The position numbers were made by a program, and so were the translations under genes. Below, piece by piece: positions 8,201 to 18,244 of a DNA stretch of 64,000 nt. The notes beneath the pieces are model-generated. The model had not been told where the DNA came from and did no database searches. It worked only from the letters and a program-made list of their open reading frames with translations. Within the stretch, counting starts at the first letter, position 1, and every line of letters begins with the position of its first letter. Source of the stretch: Candidatus Omnitrophota bacterium (GTDB taxonomy: Bacteria > Omnitrophota > Gorgyraeia > Zapsychrales > Zapsychraceae); contig JAGQKV010000004.1 in assembly GCA_020429915.1 (NCBI GenBank), positions 68,833 to 132,832 on the forward strand, written 5' to 3'.

Positions 8201-10807
8201 GTCAAAGTAAAAGGAGCGGCGGGCCTCAACAACATCGACCATCTCGACAAATCCGTTGCGGCGCAGGGCCTCTCTCAACTTGACGGAGGTAATAATGTTG
8301 AAATTCTTGTCCCGCAGGGCTTCCGCCACCAGCAGATCATCCCGGTTCTTCGAAGCACTCAGCTTCTCGATGATTTGGTCCGATTTCTTTGTTCGCGACA
8401 AAATGTCATCCATGGCGGTAATAACCATCAGCGTGTCGCGGTACTTCAGGACCTGTTCCGTATAAAGGGAGGAAACATCGTCACGCCAGCGGCGGACAAC
8501 ATCGGCTTCGCCGGCTTCCCCCAAATAACTGTCATGCTGTCCGGCATTGGATCCGACCACCACGTCCGTCAAGACCTTGAACACGATTGAGGCGTCTTCC
8601 GCCTTCCCGGAACTGCGGACCGCTACCAATTCCTGACCGGTGATCTCCACCTGTTTGCGGTAGGCCTCGGCGACGTCGCGGGCAATGTCTTCAGGGATAT
8701 CGTAACTCACAATAAGGGCGCGAATGTCGCGCTCCGCCTTGACCCGCCCTTGGTCGTTGGCCACATCCAGGTCATCCAGAATGGCATTAATCTGCGGGAT
8801 CAAATCGGCATGCGCCTTCAAGAATTTTGTTGAAGCCGTCGTCGTCCCCCCGAAGCTACGCAGATTCCCTTCCGGATCCTGAGACCAATACAGCCCTTGC
8901 TGGAATGTCTTTCCTCCGACCAGCTCCTTGCCGCGGATTTCATCAAGCACTGACGACTCGTAGTCCCAAACCACATTTTGCGTCAGTAACTTTTCATAAT
9001 AGTCATCCAAGAAGTTGTCCACGGACGCTTGGATAAGCTCAGTGAGTTGATCTCCCACCAGCTTTTGTTCCACTTCTTCGGCTTGGGCCTCGGCCTGCGC
9101 GAGCGCCGCGCCGACATCTTCAATTGATTCATCGGCCTTAATCTCAGCCGCTTTGTATAATCCGACCAACTCCCGAATCAGCAAATAATCCAGCATATTT
9201 TCTTGGTCCGAACCCATCAATTGGTTCACCAATCCCGCGCCGACAGAAATACTGTTTTCGCCCACATTGGAACTAGCGACCCGGTAGCTGGCGGCATTAC
9301 GCAACAAGATCACCGGTGATCCATTTTTAATGTCGTCGACAGCCAAAAAGGTAACCTCGTCTACCATATCGTAAAGTTTATCAGCGTCTACACCCGCCGC
9401 ATCCAGCACTTCAATCACGCGCGTTTTGCTTAACAAACTTTTGATATTGGGTACCGGATTGAATGTCGAAACTCTCCCTTTTTCAGCCGCACGGCTAATC
9501 CAGCGTTTGACATTAAAAAACAAACCTTCTGTCGCGTCGGTATCCCCCAGACGGATAACACCACGTTTTTTATCCAAATCTTCGGCAATCAATGCGGAAT
9601 CAGGACGCGCAAAATCGAAGGAGACATCGACTTCCCTGATGCCAGCCGTATCCAACAGACGCACCTGGGCCGGCGTCAGCCCCTCCTCCACAATTACCGC
9701 ATTATCGGTAAAATCTGCCCCGCCCGAGAAATAATGACGCGGGATACTGTCGCCGGTGACCGGATCGACGTCTTCCTTAATATAGTTGTAAACGCCTTTC
9801 TTGAAGGACTCGACATATTGCTCATAAATCTTCTGGTTGACCTGACGATCGGCTGTTTCAATCCCGGCCGTCTTGTTCTGCCCGACATAGGCCTTACCCA
9901 TCAAGCTTTCCTTCAGGTTTTCCTTATACCAATCGGCGAGGATCACCGCATGATACACCTGGCGCAGTTGGCTGAAGGTCCGGCCGTGATTGATTTCCCG
10001 TTCGATCTCGGGAATCAACACTTCCCGCACCACATCGGCAGCGGCACCGGTCACGACGTCCGCTTCGGCGACGGTCTGCCCGTGCTTATCAAACGCTTGG
10101 TGATTCTCCAGCGCCAAATAATCCTCTTCGAGCATCACTTTCAGCTTGCTTTCAATGATGACGGCCCGGTTGGCGTGTTCATAAATAACCGCCTTCTCAG
10201 GAACGATCCAGATTTTATTAAAGGTATTCATCGGCACTTCCGTGGTGCCGAAGCGCTCATAGGCGAGTTTATGCACCCGAGACCAAAACTCCTGTCCGGT
10301 CGTCCCTTCAGGGTACATCATCGATGAAGTCAATTGTTTGAGAAGATAATCCTGGGCCAGCAGGTCGCGGCCCATTTCAGTAACACCGAGGTGATTTCCG
10401 ACAATTCTATTTTCTTCATAGGGGGAGAGGTTGACCCACAACTCGTTCTCGGGAACGGTCAGCGCGGCCAGAAAGTACTTGATCATGCGGCTGGATTCGG
10501 TACGGAAGTCCGCTTCTGCCATAGCGGTTTCGCCCTGGTCCACCAAAAAGCTCATCTGCAGCGGATCATCCGGGTGGATGGTGATCCCTTTGATGATAGC
10601 CGGATCGAATTGGCCCGTGGGTTCAACGAGCGTCCCCGGAACGGGTAGGTCGAGCACCGACCCGGCAACCGTTTGTGCGGCGGCGGGCGGCACCACCGAG
10701 GTGGTTAGAAACACGGACAAGACAATAAAGCTTGTCATTTGGCAGATAAAACTTCGTTTAAAGGCAGCGATCTTCATACTCATTCCCCTCTGATGAATAG
10801 CATTCAC
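2246..10807 (-). CDS. giant multidomain protein (2853 aa) with N-terminal signal peptide/TM and an embedded pyruvate-phosphate-dikinase-like module (ATP-grasp, phospho-His swivel domain, PEP/pyruvate TIM barrel)
   Basis: A single uninterrupted 8.5-kb ORF. The N-terminus has a hydrophobic h-region ending AAAQ. Internal motifs: VAVRSSGKAEDAS (PEP/pyruvate-binding domain), GGATSHAAVMSRELGIATV (PEP-utilizer phospho-His domain) and FLSFGTNDLTQLTLGADRDN (PEP-utilizing enzyme signature 2). About 800 aa N-terminal and about 1000 aa C-terminal are unassigned. Confidence 0.75.
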   Translation of the reverse strand: MNAIHQRGMSMKIAAFKRSFICQMTSFIVLSVFLTTSVVPPAAAQTVAGSVLDLPVPGTLVEPTGQFDPAIIKGITIHPDDPLQMSFLVDQGETAMAEADFRTESSRMIKYFLAALTVPENELWVNLSPYEENRIVGNHLGVTEMGRDLLAQDYLLKQLTSSMMYPEGTTGQEFWSRVHKLAYERFGTTEVPMNTFNKIWIVPEKAVIYEHANRAVIIESKLKVMLEEDYLALENHQAFDKHGQTVAEADVVTGAAADVVREVLIPEIEREINHGRTFSQLRQVYHAVILADWYKENLKESLMGKAYVGQNKTAGIETADRQVNQKIYEQYVESFKKGVYNYIKEDVDPVTGDSIPRHYFSGGADFTDNAVIVEEGLTPAQVRLLDTAGIREVDVSFDFARPDSALIAEDLDKKRGVIRLGDTDATEGLFFNVKRWISRAAEKGRVSTFNPVPNIKSLLSKTRVIEVLDAAGVDADKLYDMVDEVTFLAVDDIKNGSPVILLRNAASYRVASSNVGENSISVGAGLVNQLMGSDQENMLDYLLIRELVGLYKAAEIKADESIEDVGAALAQAEAQAEEVEQKLVGDQLTELIQASVDNFLDDYYEKLLTQNVVWDYESSVLDEIRGKELVGGKTFQQGLYWSQDPEGNLRSFGGTTTASTKFLKAHADLIPQINAILDDLDVANDQGRVKAERDIRALIVSYDIPEDIARDVAEAYRKQVEITGQELVAVRSSGKAEDASIVFKVLTDVVVGSNAGQHDSYLGEAGEADVVRRWRDDVSSLYTEQVLKYRDTLMVITAMDDILSRTKKSDQIIEKLSASKNRDDLLVAEALRDKNFNIITSVKLREALRRNGFVEMVDVVEARRSFYFDVENIAMGVTIMPMADVVTSFVIMGHDIGSNWTGFTFQNVPEAEYLNKGRVATMTFTWRLGESIVQGVTTPDTFLVHIVPGENGEEAQVNILSKQLGTKTVQAIYAVEAFRALGMTESDLAPYLRLAEGEEVSGPLFKAKAGASIEDIQETIQRLVKLKVDATAAEITDADLDLFDLDKDQLKLLVHLVKEKSEDPEIKTMFTDVPEFMREIYSVTDSQVIDVAREYMKKAEGYGHLVDMEGGIGLNLGRPNTPITVQRRSSNVLADVKEPDLIRISYTYVKEKDLKEAKGVEEVVVNDQGEATELRKGQLVAQGIPTRNSFTGVIYRVDETKELTDQFEEIKALAGSGKKIIIRTRETTPDYNAVLQTKNVYGVIADVGGATSHAAVMSRELGIATVVGIQTFVNKLEGELGPEEARRIIDYINTSGNVVTVDANANEKTGYGMVYAGELPISERNIEIQLDRLPEIYTKIGYIMGMPHPMLQMSKIARYNGFSGVALMRGEFAYAEENVNPRFGRAYDNLLVLDYLRAQENPAYRDELSDEERTALVRFEKHFGARNKLREQGVVVAADDTESKIENFSEVGSEAFLKSLGRFERRDVDLIRSHTDDIAAATRQMIGYMSYNDFFEAVHGGAISTMAAANNQDVNAVLYRSIDFKKNEAAELIGSRVFDPEPEVSTMIGERGARWLLQPENEIILREEIKMLLRQVAKGYRNIGFFFPFVSTPNELNRLTEILNEEERQMSESLGKPVFLREVGQMTELPSNVIQADEFIAVLKKHEAEQLSWFQGRFGEDVAFKRKSFLSFGTNDLTQLTLGADRDNPMMAYLFNEAHPFVTDSIRHVAAAAVDASTKCGLCGQALVNLVNINPEAAEAILMILGQTGGYAGTDYLGTVAAVIRSASATLKHGVVVADEGEDLEQEALVQGFRSSLDRGAATRPLYVIKSAADLDATYVGDYVALMNGIDVEIEIKEEEGKPTDYTIVDESLREKFSRLGAVIVPEVEGFVGRADLVNALRQLGIPVIQTLIRNVRAIDETLEQGQRVTIDFNRQIVYRGEKETRVNVPELVSSLAISEEAVSTPTIGFESTFSASKFYKARGVHPLTYVTTTTQSRSELRAALKKAILEAFGTDKSKSLVYETLDLDTHDLVRLRGHEKFLDEAEVNPALGFAGVDALVKDDQWRNLLKLEMEVVAGLISEGYNISVQFNSAKIPESVEQAIAIALEAGVPQGTSFGINTAWPGNYLALGQYISHGLDFVTLNERRLAQGYLSADLYKNPSVMRFYKADKVLPSLKRPVAMITRAVAEAGIALRKIGFDEDAAVLAEGQSVPSPTKVIYTLLETVGEEDGDTIVEIFEPLDVKYSFDRVALEANRELIQNVGEILFEAALRSGRVWRHSIGIPYRVLVGLPEYDLDEDDVLFILAAGHALGLWILGPHESEGRYSRDQVAAMYRLDRGATYPVVKFRPGTELAAHFMADAAMSAEVDSFMAVRIKDRARQAVSLVNGGDRDMVRARLAEAFEAGLQRWGKDKEQAKAALVEAVNAFFVSQYGIKAFASDTDEVEFNNGTISWMGMPIADKKMLGFRVRKVEDDLIDLVATRIELRFGLDGKVMPDGIREVTETAVRLVQGNQNPAKKLAFARELGEAFKEEAQKAGANFDDFADGIVSRMNALRPGMLIFEPGKVVPRLYGSRLVTWLNRVIAIKTDSGFEILEDELVFFAESLTGFLNARYTQADEFLSTETQIINGILAQPQFVQLKDDHTQLVKLSMAAAMTNGLEPKPENPNVVFAWGRLTGALIGEDFPVSQKLNILEDIYIEVLRRNPRIDPVQFVLGLATKGVGEKGPDVFHQIYRRLQGYLTLLRSGELNGTDDVNKVIAAVERVIADEAVIVEAGKEVGGIDLDPNLFELQRKGDGSLIFPKFNGAVERLNLNGFVPVIINVTPVSSLPMLLGMIENAEDESNGISYDSLDPLDRNAKSLSDQTDQLSLLAN

Positions 10808-11023
10808 ACGTGTTGAATAATAAACACAAAAATTCCGTCGAAGACAGAATCTCCATGGATTTTCTGAGCTAACTAAAGTTGGTTATGTAAAACGGTGTGA
10901 TTGGGGAATGTTGCCAGACTTGAGTTATGTATAGTATACACTATAAGAAAGCGCTGTCAATAGACGTTTTTCGCTCCTGAGCGGGTTTTGGCGGGAATCC
11001 CCCAAACTTCCGGCGGGCATGAG

Positions 11024-11058
11024 AAAAAGGGGCAGAAAGTTATTTAACTTTCTGCCCC
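11024..11058 (-). terminator. rho-independent terminator downstream of groEL
   Basis: The minus-strand RNA is GGGGCAGAAAGUU-AAAUAA-CUUUCUGCCCC followed by UUUUU. It lies 38 nt after the groEL stop. Confidence 0.75.
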
Positions 11059-11095
11059 TCAATCATTTATGTATAACGGATCGGGTCCGGGTGAT

Positions 11096-13083
<1,988 letters not shown>

Positions 13084-13138
13084 CTGTGTTCCTCCCTTAT
13101 GTATTGGGTTAATCCGACCAAACCGTCGAAATTATGAT

Positions 13139-13165
13139 TAGCACTTGTGTCTTTGGAGTGCTAAT
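13139..13165. promoter_or_regulatory. CIRCE operator (HrcA binding site)
   Basis: Minus strand reads TTAGCACTC-N9-AAGTGCTAA, which is the consensus TTAGCACTC-N9-GAGTGCTAA with one mismatch. It sits between the promoter and the groES start. Confidence 0.8.
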
Positions 13166-13191
13166 TTATCAAAATATCCCCGAAAGTCAAG
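13164..13191 (-). promoter_or_regulatory. sigma70-type promoter of groESL (-35 TTGACT, 16-nt spacer, -10 TAAATT) abutting CIRCE
   Basis: Minus strand reads TTGACTttcggggatattttgaTAAATT immediately followed by CIRCE. Confidence 0.5.
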
Positions 13192-13256
13192 CAATTTTTG
13201 AATTTGTGGCTAAACCTAGTTATTTAAATGACTTGCAGACTTGCTTCAGCAGAGAG

Positions 13257-14033
13257 TCAAGCGCGGATATGGTGATGGTAACACAGAACCAACCCCTTGT
13301 GAACCAGGTGCGTGTCCACAGCCGGCGCGAGCTCGGACAGGAATTGGACCATCAAACGGGCATAGCCCCCCGTCACCACGATCCCCGGCCGCCCTTCGAT
13401 ATCGCGGCTGATACGCCGTACCAGACCGCGGCACATCTCTCCGTATCCGTAAACAAGCCCGCTAAGGATGCTGTGTTCCGTTGTCCGGCCGATCACCGAT
13501 CGCGGCCGGCGAACCTCTTCAATCCGCGGCAACAAGGCCGCTTTACTATGGAGGGATTCCAGGGAAAGACGCATGCCGGGGACAATGATGCCGCCCATGT
13601 AATGCCCGTCGCGGGAAAGGACATCCAGAGTAATCGCGGTTCCGAAATCGATAATAATAGCCGGCTGACCAAAAAGTTTTTGCGCGGCATAAGCGCCGAC
13701 CAACCGGTCGCGGCCCACTTGTGCCGGATCGCGGTACTTGTTGATCAGCGGTACATCCAGTTCCTCGCCGACGAAATGCGGTCGAATCCCTAAGTTCTTG
13801 GTGATCAGATTCCGTACCGACCTGTTCTTGGCGGGAACCACACTGCACACCAGGACCGCGGTCAGGTCATGGTTACCGCGACGGACAGTTGCCAAGACTT
13901 TTTTCATAGCGCCGGTAAATTCCCGCACCGGCTGATTCACATCCACATTTTCGGAGTAATATACGCGCAATCCCTTTAGCAGCGCGATAGACACGGCCGA
14001 GTTTCCTATGTCGACGGTCAGATACGTTTCCAT
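13257..14033 (-). CDS. coaX: type III pantothenate kinase
   Basis: 258 aa. N-terminal LTVDIGNSAVSIAL (ASKHA actin-like fold) and an IIDFGTA motif, typical of the CoaX/Baf family. Confidence 0.8.
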   Translation of the reverse strand: METYLTVDIGNSAVSIALLKGLRVYYSENVDVNQPVREFTGAMKKVLATVRRGNHDLTAVLVCSVVPAKNRSVRNLITKNLGIRPHFVGEELDVPLINKYRDPAQVGRDRLVGAYAAQKLFGQPAIIIDFGTAITLDVLSRDGHYMGGIIVPGMRLSLESLHSKAALLPRIEEVRRPRSVIGRTTEHSILSGLVYGYGEMCRGLVRRISRDIEGRPGIVVTGGYARLMVQFLSELAPAVDTHLVHKGLVLCYHHHIRA

Positions 14034-16069
14034 TTCTTCCTCTTGTGCTTGCTCCGCCCTTTCCCGCTGCTTTTCGGTCGCAGATCGGCGGGATCGACGC
14101 CATGGTCGCGGATTTCCTTAATTTTATCGCGGATCATGGCGGCCTTTTCGAATTGCAGGTTCCGGGCCGCGGCTTCCATCTGCCCCTCCAGCTCGGATAC
14201 GATATTGGAAAGCGTGTATTCCTCTTCCTTTTGTCCCGCGACATGCATGACGGTCTCCTCCGCCTGTTCGTAAGCGATATCCTCAATCCCCTCCCGGATC
14301 ACCTTTTTGATCGTCGTCGGGGTAATGTTGTGTTCCTTGTTGAATGCCAGCTGAATCCGGCGGCGACGCTCGCACTCGTGGATGGTGGCCTTCATGGCCA
14401 GGCTCACCGTATCCGCATACATGATAACCAAGCCTTCCACATTGCGCGCCGCGCGACCCGCGGTCTGAATCAGGGAAGTCTGCGAACGCAGAAATCCTTG
14501 CTTGTCCGCATCAAAGATCGCCACCAGAGATACCTCGGGCAAATCGAGGCCTTCCCGTAGCAGGTTCACACCGACGAGGCAGTCGAATTTTTTGGTGCGC
14601 AACCCTTTTAAAATGGCGGAACGTTCGATGGTATCAATATCCGAATGAAGATACTTTACTTTGATACCCTGCTCGGCCAAATAGTCACAGAGGTCCTCCG
14701 ACATGCGTTTGGTAAGAGTCGTGACCAGGACCCGCTGATCAAGGGCCGCCCGGTTGGCCACCTCCGCAACCAAATCGTCCACTTGCCCGGCCGTCGGCCG
14801 GATTTCAATGGGCGGATCGACGATACCGGTCGGACGGATGATCTGCTCGGCGACATGCGGGCCGCTTTTCTTGCGTTCATACGGTCCGGGGGTAGCCGAC
14901 ACGTAAATGGCCTGCGCGACAATCTTCTCAAACTCGGTAAATTTGAGCGGGCGGTTATCGAGACAGGACGGCAACCGGAAACCGTACTCCACCAGCGTAT
15001 TTTTACGCGCCTTGTCCCCTTCGTACATGCCGCTAATTTGCGGGATCGTCACATGTGACTCGTCGATCAAGGTGACAAAATCCTCTGGGAAATAGTCGAT
15101 CAGACAAAACGGACGGCTGCCCGGAGGCCGTCCGGACAGGGCCTGCGAATAGTTTTCAATACCGTGGCAGTAACCCATCTCACGCATCATTTCCATGTCA
15201 TAACGTGTCCGCGAATTTAACCGTTGGGCCTCGGCGAATTTGCCCTGGTCTTTGAGAAAACGCAACCGCTCCTTGAGTTCCGCTTCTATCTGGACCATCG
15301 CCTCCTCGATCCGCGGAGGCGAAATCAGGTAGTGTTTGGCCGGATAAATGGCGGCCTGCTCCAGCACCTGAATCTCATTTCCCGAGACCGGTTCAATTTG
15401 GGTAATCCGTTCAATCTCGTCGCCGAAGAATTCGATACGCAGCGCGTCCTGGCGATAGGCCGGATAGACTTCTATCGTATCGCCGCGCACACGGAGTTTC
15501 CCCCGGGTAAATTCGTAATCGTTGCGCTCATACTGCATGTCCACGAGTTTAAGAATCACCTCGTCCCGGTCCATCTCTTCACCGGTGTTCAGGTACAGCA
15601 AGAACTGCTGGTAGTCTTCCGGCGAGCCCAGATTGTAGATGCATGAAACGCTGGCCACGATAATAACGTCGCGGCGCGTCATCAGTGAAGTGGTCGAAGA
15701 CAGCCGCAGGCGATCCAGACGGTCGTTGATGGAGGCGTCCTTCTCGATATAAATGTCGGTTTGCGGGATGTACGCCTCCGGCTGATAATAATCATAGTAG
15801 CTGACAAAATACTCGACGGCGTTGTGTGGAAAGAATTCTTTAAACTCACTGTAGAGCTGCGCAGCCAGGGTCTTGTTGTGCGAGATCACCAGCGTCGGAC
15901 GGTTGATTTTTTCCACCACATTAGCCAGCGTAAAGGTCTTGCCGCTGCCAGTAACCCCCAGCAGCGTCTGATGCGGCCGTTTCTGCTCGATGCCCTGAAC
16001 CAGATTTTCCACGGCATCCAGCTGCTCGGTGACCGGCTTGAACTTGCTTTTAAGGAGAAACTTTTCCAT
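14018..16069 (-). CDS. uvrB: excinuclease ABC subunit B
   Basis: 683 aa. Helicase motifs GVTGSGKTFT and FVSYYDYYQPEAY are present. The C-terminal UvrC-interaction helix is followed by a basic tail. Confidence 0.95.
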   Translation of the reverse strand: MEKFLLKSKFKPVTEQLDAVENLVQGIEQKRPHQTLLGVTGSGKTFTLANVVEKINRPTLVISHNKTLAAQLYSEFKEFFPHNAVEYFVSYYDYYQPEAYIPQTDIYIEKDASINDRLDRLRLSSTTSLMTRRDVIIVASVSCIYNLGSPEDYQQFLLYLNTGEEMDRDEVILKLVDMQYERNDYEFTRGKLRVRGDTIEVYPAYRQDALRIEFFGDEIERITQIEPVSGNEIQVLEQAAIYPAKHYLISPPRIEEAMVQIEAELKERLRFLKDQGKFAEAQRLNSRTRYDMEMMREMGYCHGIENYSQALSGRPPGSRPFCLIDYFPEDFVTLIDESHVTIPQISGMYEGDKARKNTLVEYGFRLPSCLDNRPLKFTEFEKIVAQAIYVSATPGPYERKKSGPHVAEQIIRPTGIVDPPIEIRPTAGQVDDLVAEVANRAALDQRVLVTTLTKRMSEDLCDYLAEQGIKVKYLHSDIDTIERSAILKGLRTKKFDCLVGVNLLREGLDLPEVSLVAIFDADKQGFLRSQTSLIQTAGRAARNVEGLVIMYADTVSLAMKATIHECERRRRIQLAFNKEHNITPTTIKKVIREGIEDIAYEQAEETVMHVAGQKEEEYTLSNIVSELEGQMEAAARNLQFEKAAMIRDKIKEIRDHGVDPADLRPKSSGKGRSKHKRKKWKRI

Positions 16070-16124
16070 GGGAATCGCGGCCGGCGCACCCTGCGGCCCG
16101 CCGCTGCCTTTGCCGGAACGGCGT

Positions 16125-16580
16125 TTATTTGAGAGCGTTGTTCACGGCCTCAAAGATTTGCGCGGCCGCGCGGGGGTGTTTGTAATTCTTCGTCTTCATG
16201 AAGGTCATCGAATTGATGGTCACGAAACGCAGCTCCATTTCCGTTTGCTTCGGCTGACTGGTGCTGCGCAGGAACACGTTGGCCCGGTGATAGCGCGTTC
16301 CGAGAATGTAAGGATGTTCTTTAATATCGGTAAACAGCAGGAGTTCGCGCCCGCCTTCATCCCGAATCGAGCTGTGTTCATACACGGTCGGGTCCGTCTC
16401 GTCGACCACGGTCCATCCTTTCGCGTTAAGGACCTGCTTGACCGCTTCCAGGGTGTCATCAAAATTGGCGTAGATGACCTGCGTTTGCGGATGATCGTCC
16501 TTGATATAACTCGGAATGTTAACCGTCGTGCAACCGCTGAGCAAAACGGCCAGCGCGAACAACCAGCTTGTTTTTTTCAT
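16125..16580 (-). CDS. hypothetical lipoprotein
   Basis: Signal peptide followed by the lipobox LLSGC. No recognisable domain. Confidence 0.5.
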   Translation of the reverse strand: MKKTSWLFALAVLLSGCTTVNIPSYIKDDHPQTQVIYANFDDTLEAVKQVLNAKGWTVVDETDPTVYEHSSIRDEGGRELLLFTDIKEHPYILGTRYHRANVFLRSTSQPKQTEMELRFVTINSMTFMKTKNYKHPRAAAQIFEAVNNALK

Positions 16581-16589
16581 CCTTTGCCC

Positions 16590-16904
16590 TTAGCAAATCT
16601 TGCCGTGTTTGTAGGGGCGGCTCAGATTCTTGATCGACTTCTTGGCGATCTCCGCTTCGATGTCAATCTTCAATCCTCCGCATAAATCGAACAGGCGGAT
16701 AAACGTATCGGCAATTTCCTCACGGAAATTGTCATGGTCCTCTTGCCGGTAACCCTCCATGGCCTCCCCGATCTCGGTGACCACCAGCATCAGGGCCTCG
16801 CCGATGTTGCGTTCCTGATCCCAGAATCCCTTTTCCCGGGCAATCCCATGGCAAATTTCACACATTTCCGTAATCGTTTTCCCTTTAAGTTCGGTTTCTT
16901 GCAC
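16590..16904 (-). CDS. MazG-like nucleoside triphosphate pyrophosphohydrolase (small all-alpha NTP-PPase)
   Basis: 104 aa. EALMLVVTEIGEAME and EEIADTFIRLFDL motifs are typical of the MazG/HisE superfamily. Confidence 0.6.
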   Translation of the reverse strand: MQETELKGKTITEMCEICHGIAREKGFWDQERNIGEALMLVVTEIGEAMEGYRQEDHDNFREEIADTFIRLFDLCGGLKIDIEAEIAKKSIKNLSRPYKHGKIC

Positions 16905-17607
16905 AGAGGACCTCCATATCGTTGGGTAGGGTTGAATGAACGGTAATAGCCTTCTTGGTTACGGGATCCCTCCACTGCAGGGATGCGGCGTGCAATGCCG
17001 GCCGCCGGAATTTCACCGGATACTTGCGGGCGACGGAATACTTGCGGTCGCCGACCAAAGGATGCCCGAGCTCGCTGAATTGAATGCGGATCTGGTTGGT
17101 CCGCCCGGTGACCGGCCGAACCTCCAATAGACTGAAATCTTTAAACTCGGTGATCACCTGATACAGCGAAACGGCCGGTTTGCTTTTTGAGAACCGGCTA
17201 TATTTTATCCGATCCGGCTGCGAAATGAAACCCTCAATTTTGCCTTTCTTGCGTTTTAAACGCCCCTGAACGGCCGCCAAATAGACCTTCTCGATTTCCC
17301 TGCGGCGGAACAGCTCCATCATCCGCTGTTGCGCTTTCTTTCCGACCGCGTACATGATCACGCCGCTGGTGTCCCGGTCGATCCGGTGACAGGGGTACAG
17401 CCGGGACTGGCCGGCCCTGTCACGGTGCTGAAAATTTACGATATCCGTCAGACAGGGCTTGTCGTCGCCCGGGGCCGGAATGACCAGCACACCCGCCGGT
17501 TTGTCGAATATGATGATGTCGTTATGACGGAAAAGGACGGGGACGGCCTTGGTTAAGGCCCGAGATAAAGAATCTTCGCGTGGGGGTTTATTCTGACGGG
17601 GACTCAT
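16885..17607 (-). CDS. RluA-family pseudouridine synthase
   Basis: Catalytic motif HRIDRDTSGVIMYA. The fold is RluA/RluD-like and no S4 domain is visible. Confidence 0.8.
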   Translation of the reverse strand: MSPRQNKPPREDSLSRALTKAVPVLFRHNDIIIFDKPAGVLVIPAPGDDKPCLTDIVNFQHRDRAGQSRLYPCHRIDRDTSGVIMYAVGKKAQQRMMELFRRREIEKVYLAAVQGRLKRKKGKIEGFISQPDRIKYSRFSKSKPAVSLYQVITEFKDFSLLEVRPVTGRTNQIRIQFSELGHPLVGDRKYSVARKYPVKFRRPALHAASLQWRDPVTKKAITVHSTLPNDMEVLCARNRT

Positions 17608-17767
17608 TCTCCGGATAAAATTTGTCCTCGATCATGGCGATCAGATAGTTCAATTTACGGATCAAGATGATCGGGAACACGATAAACCACACCAACAGGC
17701 AGGTTTGCAGGATCATGGCCAAAAATAATTGGCCTTCGCTAAGGGGGACATTCAGTGTAGATTCCAT
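17588..17767 (-). CDS. possible small hydrophobic membrane protein (59 aa)
   Basis: ATG at 17765-17767 and stop at 17588-17590. The sequence MESTLNVPLSEGQLFLAMILQTCLLVWFIVFPIILIRKL contains one predicted TM helix. It is below the ORF-track size cut-off and overlaps the rluA start by ~20 nt. Confidence 0.3.
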   Translation of the reverse strand: MESTLNVPLSEGQLFLAMILQTCLLVWFIVFPIILIRKLNYLIAMIEDKFYPENESPSE

Positions 17768-17803
17768 GGGGTATTTCCTGGCCGGACCGGAACGGCCGAA
17801 CCG

Positions 17804-18172
17804 TTATTTGGATTCGAGATAAGAGCTGACATAGTCCGCGATGCTTTCGGCATCGCGCTGGGCGATCTCGCTGAAGAAAATAGCGATGTTGTGATCATCG
17901 CTCGCAGCGATCTGCTCGGCCCGCACGACCACGCCCTGAGCCATGATCTGCTTGGTCACGTCCTTGCCGTTCTTGCGCAGCGGCAGCAGCAGGCAGACCT
18001 TCAGTTTGGTCATAGGCTCAATGTAGCGGTTGACTTTGCAATACAGACCGGAACGGCTGATATTGGCCGTTTCAGTGACCATATCACCGTTATTCTGAGA
18101 AATCCGTATGGGGATGTTGTTGCCTAAGCGGGGGTCTTTTCTGCGTTCGTGCGGTGGAGGTGATGTTACCAC
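17804..18172 (-). CDS. PilZ domain protein (c-di-GMP receptor)
   Basis: RRKDPR ... NISRSGL matches the PilZ motif RxxxR...(D/N)xSxxG. Single-domain, 122 aa. Confidence 0.75.
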   Translation of the reverse strand: MVTSPPPHERRKDPRLGNNIPIRISQNNGDMVTETANISRSGLYCKVNRYIEPMTKLKVCLLLPLRKNGKDVTKQIMAQGVVVRAEQIAASDDHNIAIFFSEIAQRDAESIADYVSSYLESK

Positions 18173-18244
18173 AACTATACCTCATTATCCCGTTTCGGGC
18201 GTTTGGCGTTCGCACCCGCGGCTAGCTGAGCGGATCAGGGAAGA

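Noticed and set aside
10808-11095. Possible tRNA or ncRNA in the giant-gene / groEL intergenic region
   Set aside because: No cloverleaf-compatible structure was found. The region is explained by the groEL terminator hairpin and a likely promoter for the giant gene, including an AT-rich TATAGT-N4-ACTATA palindrome.
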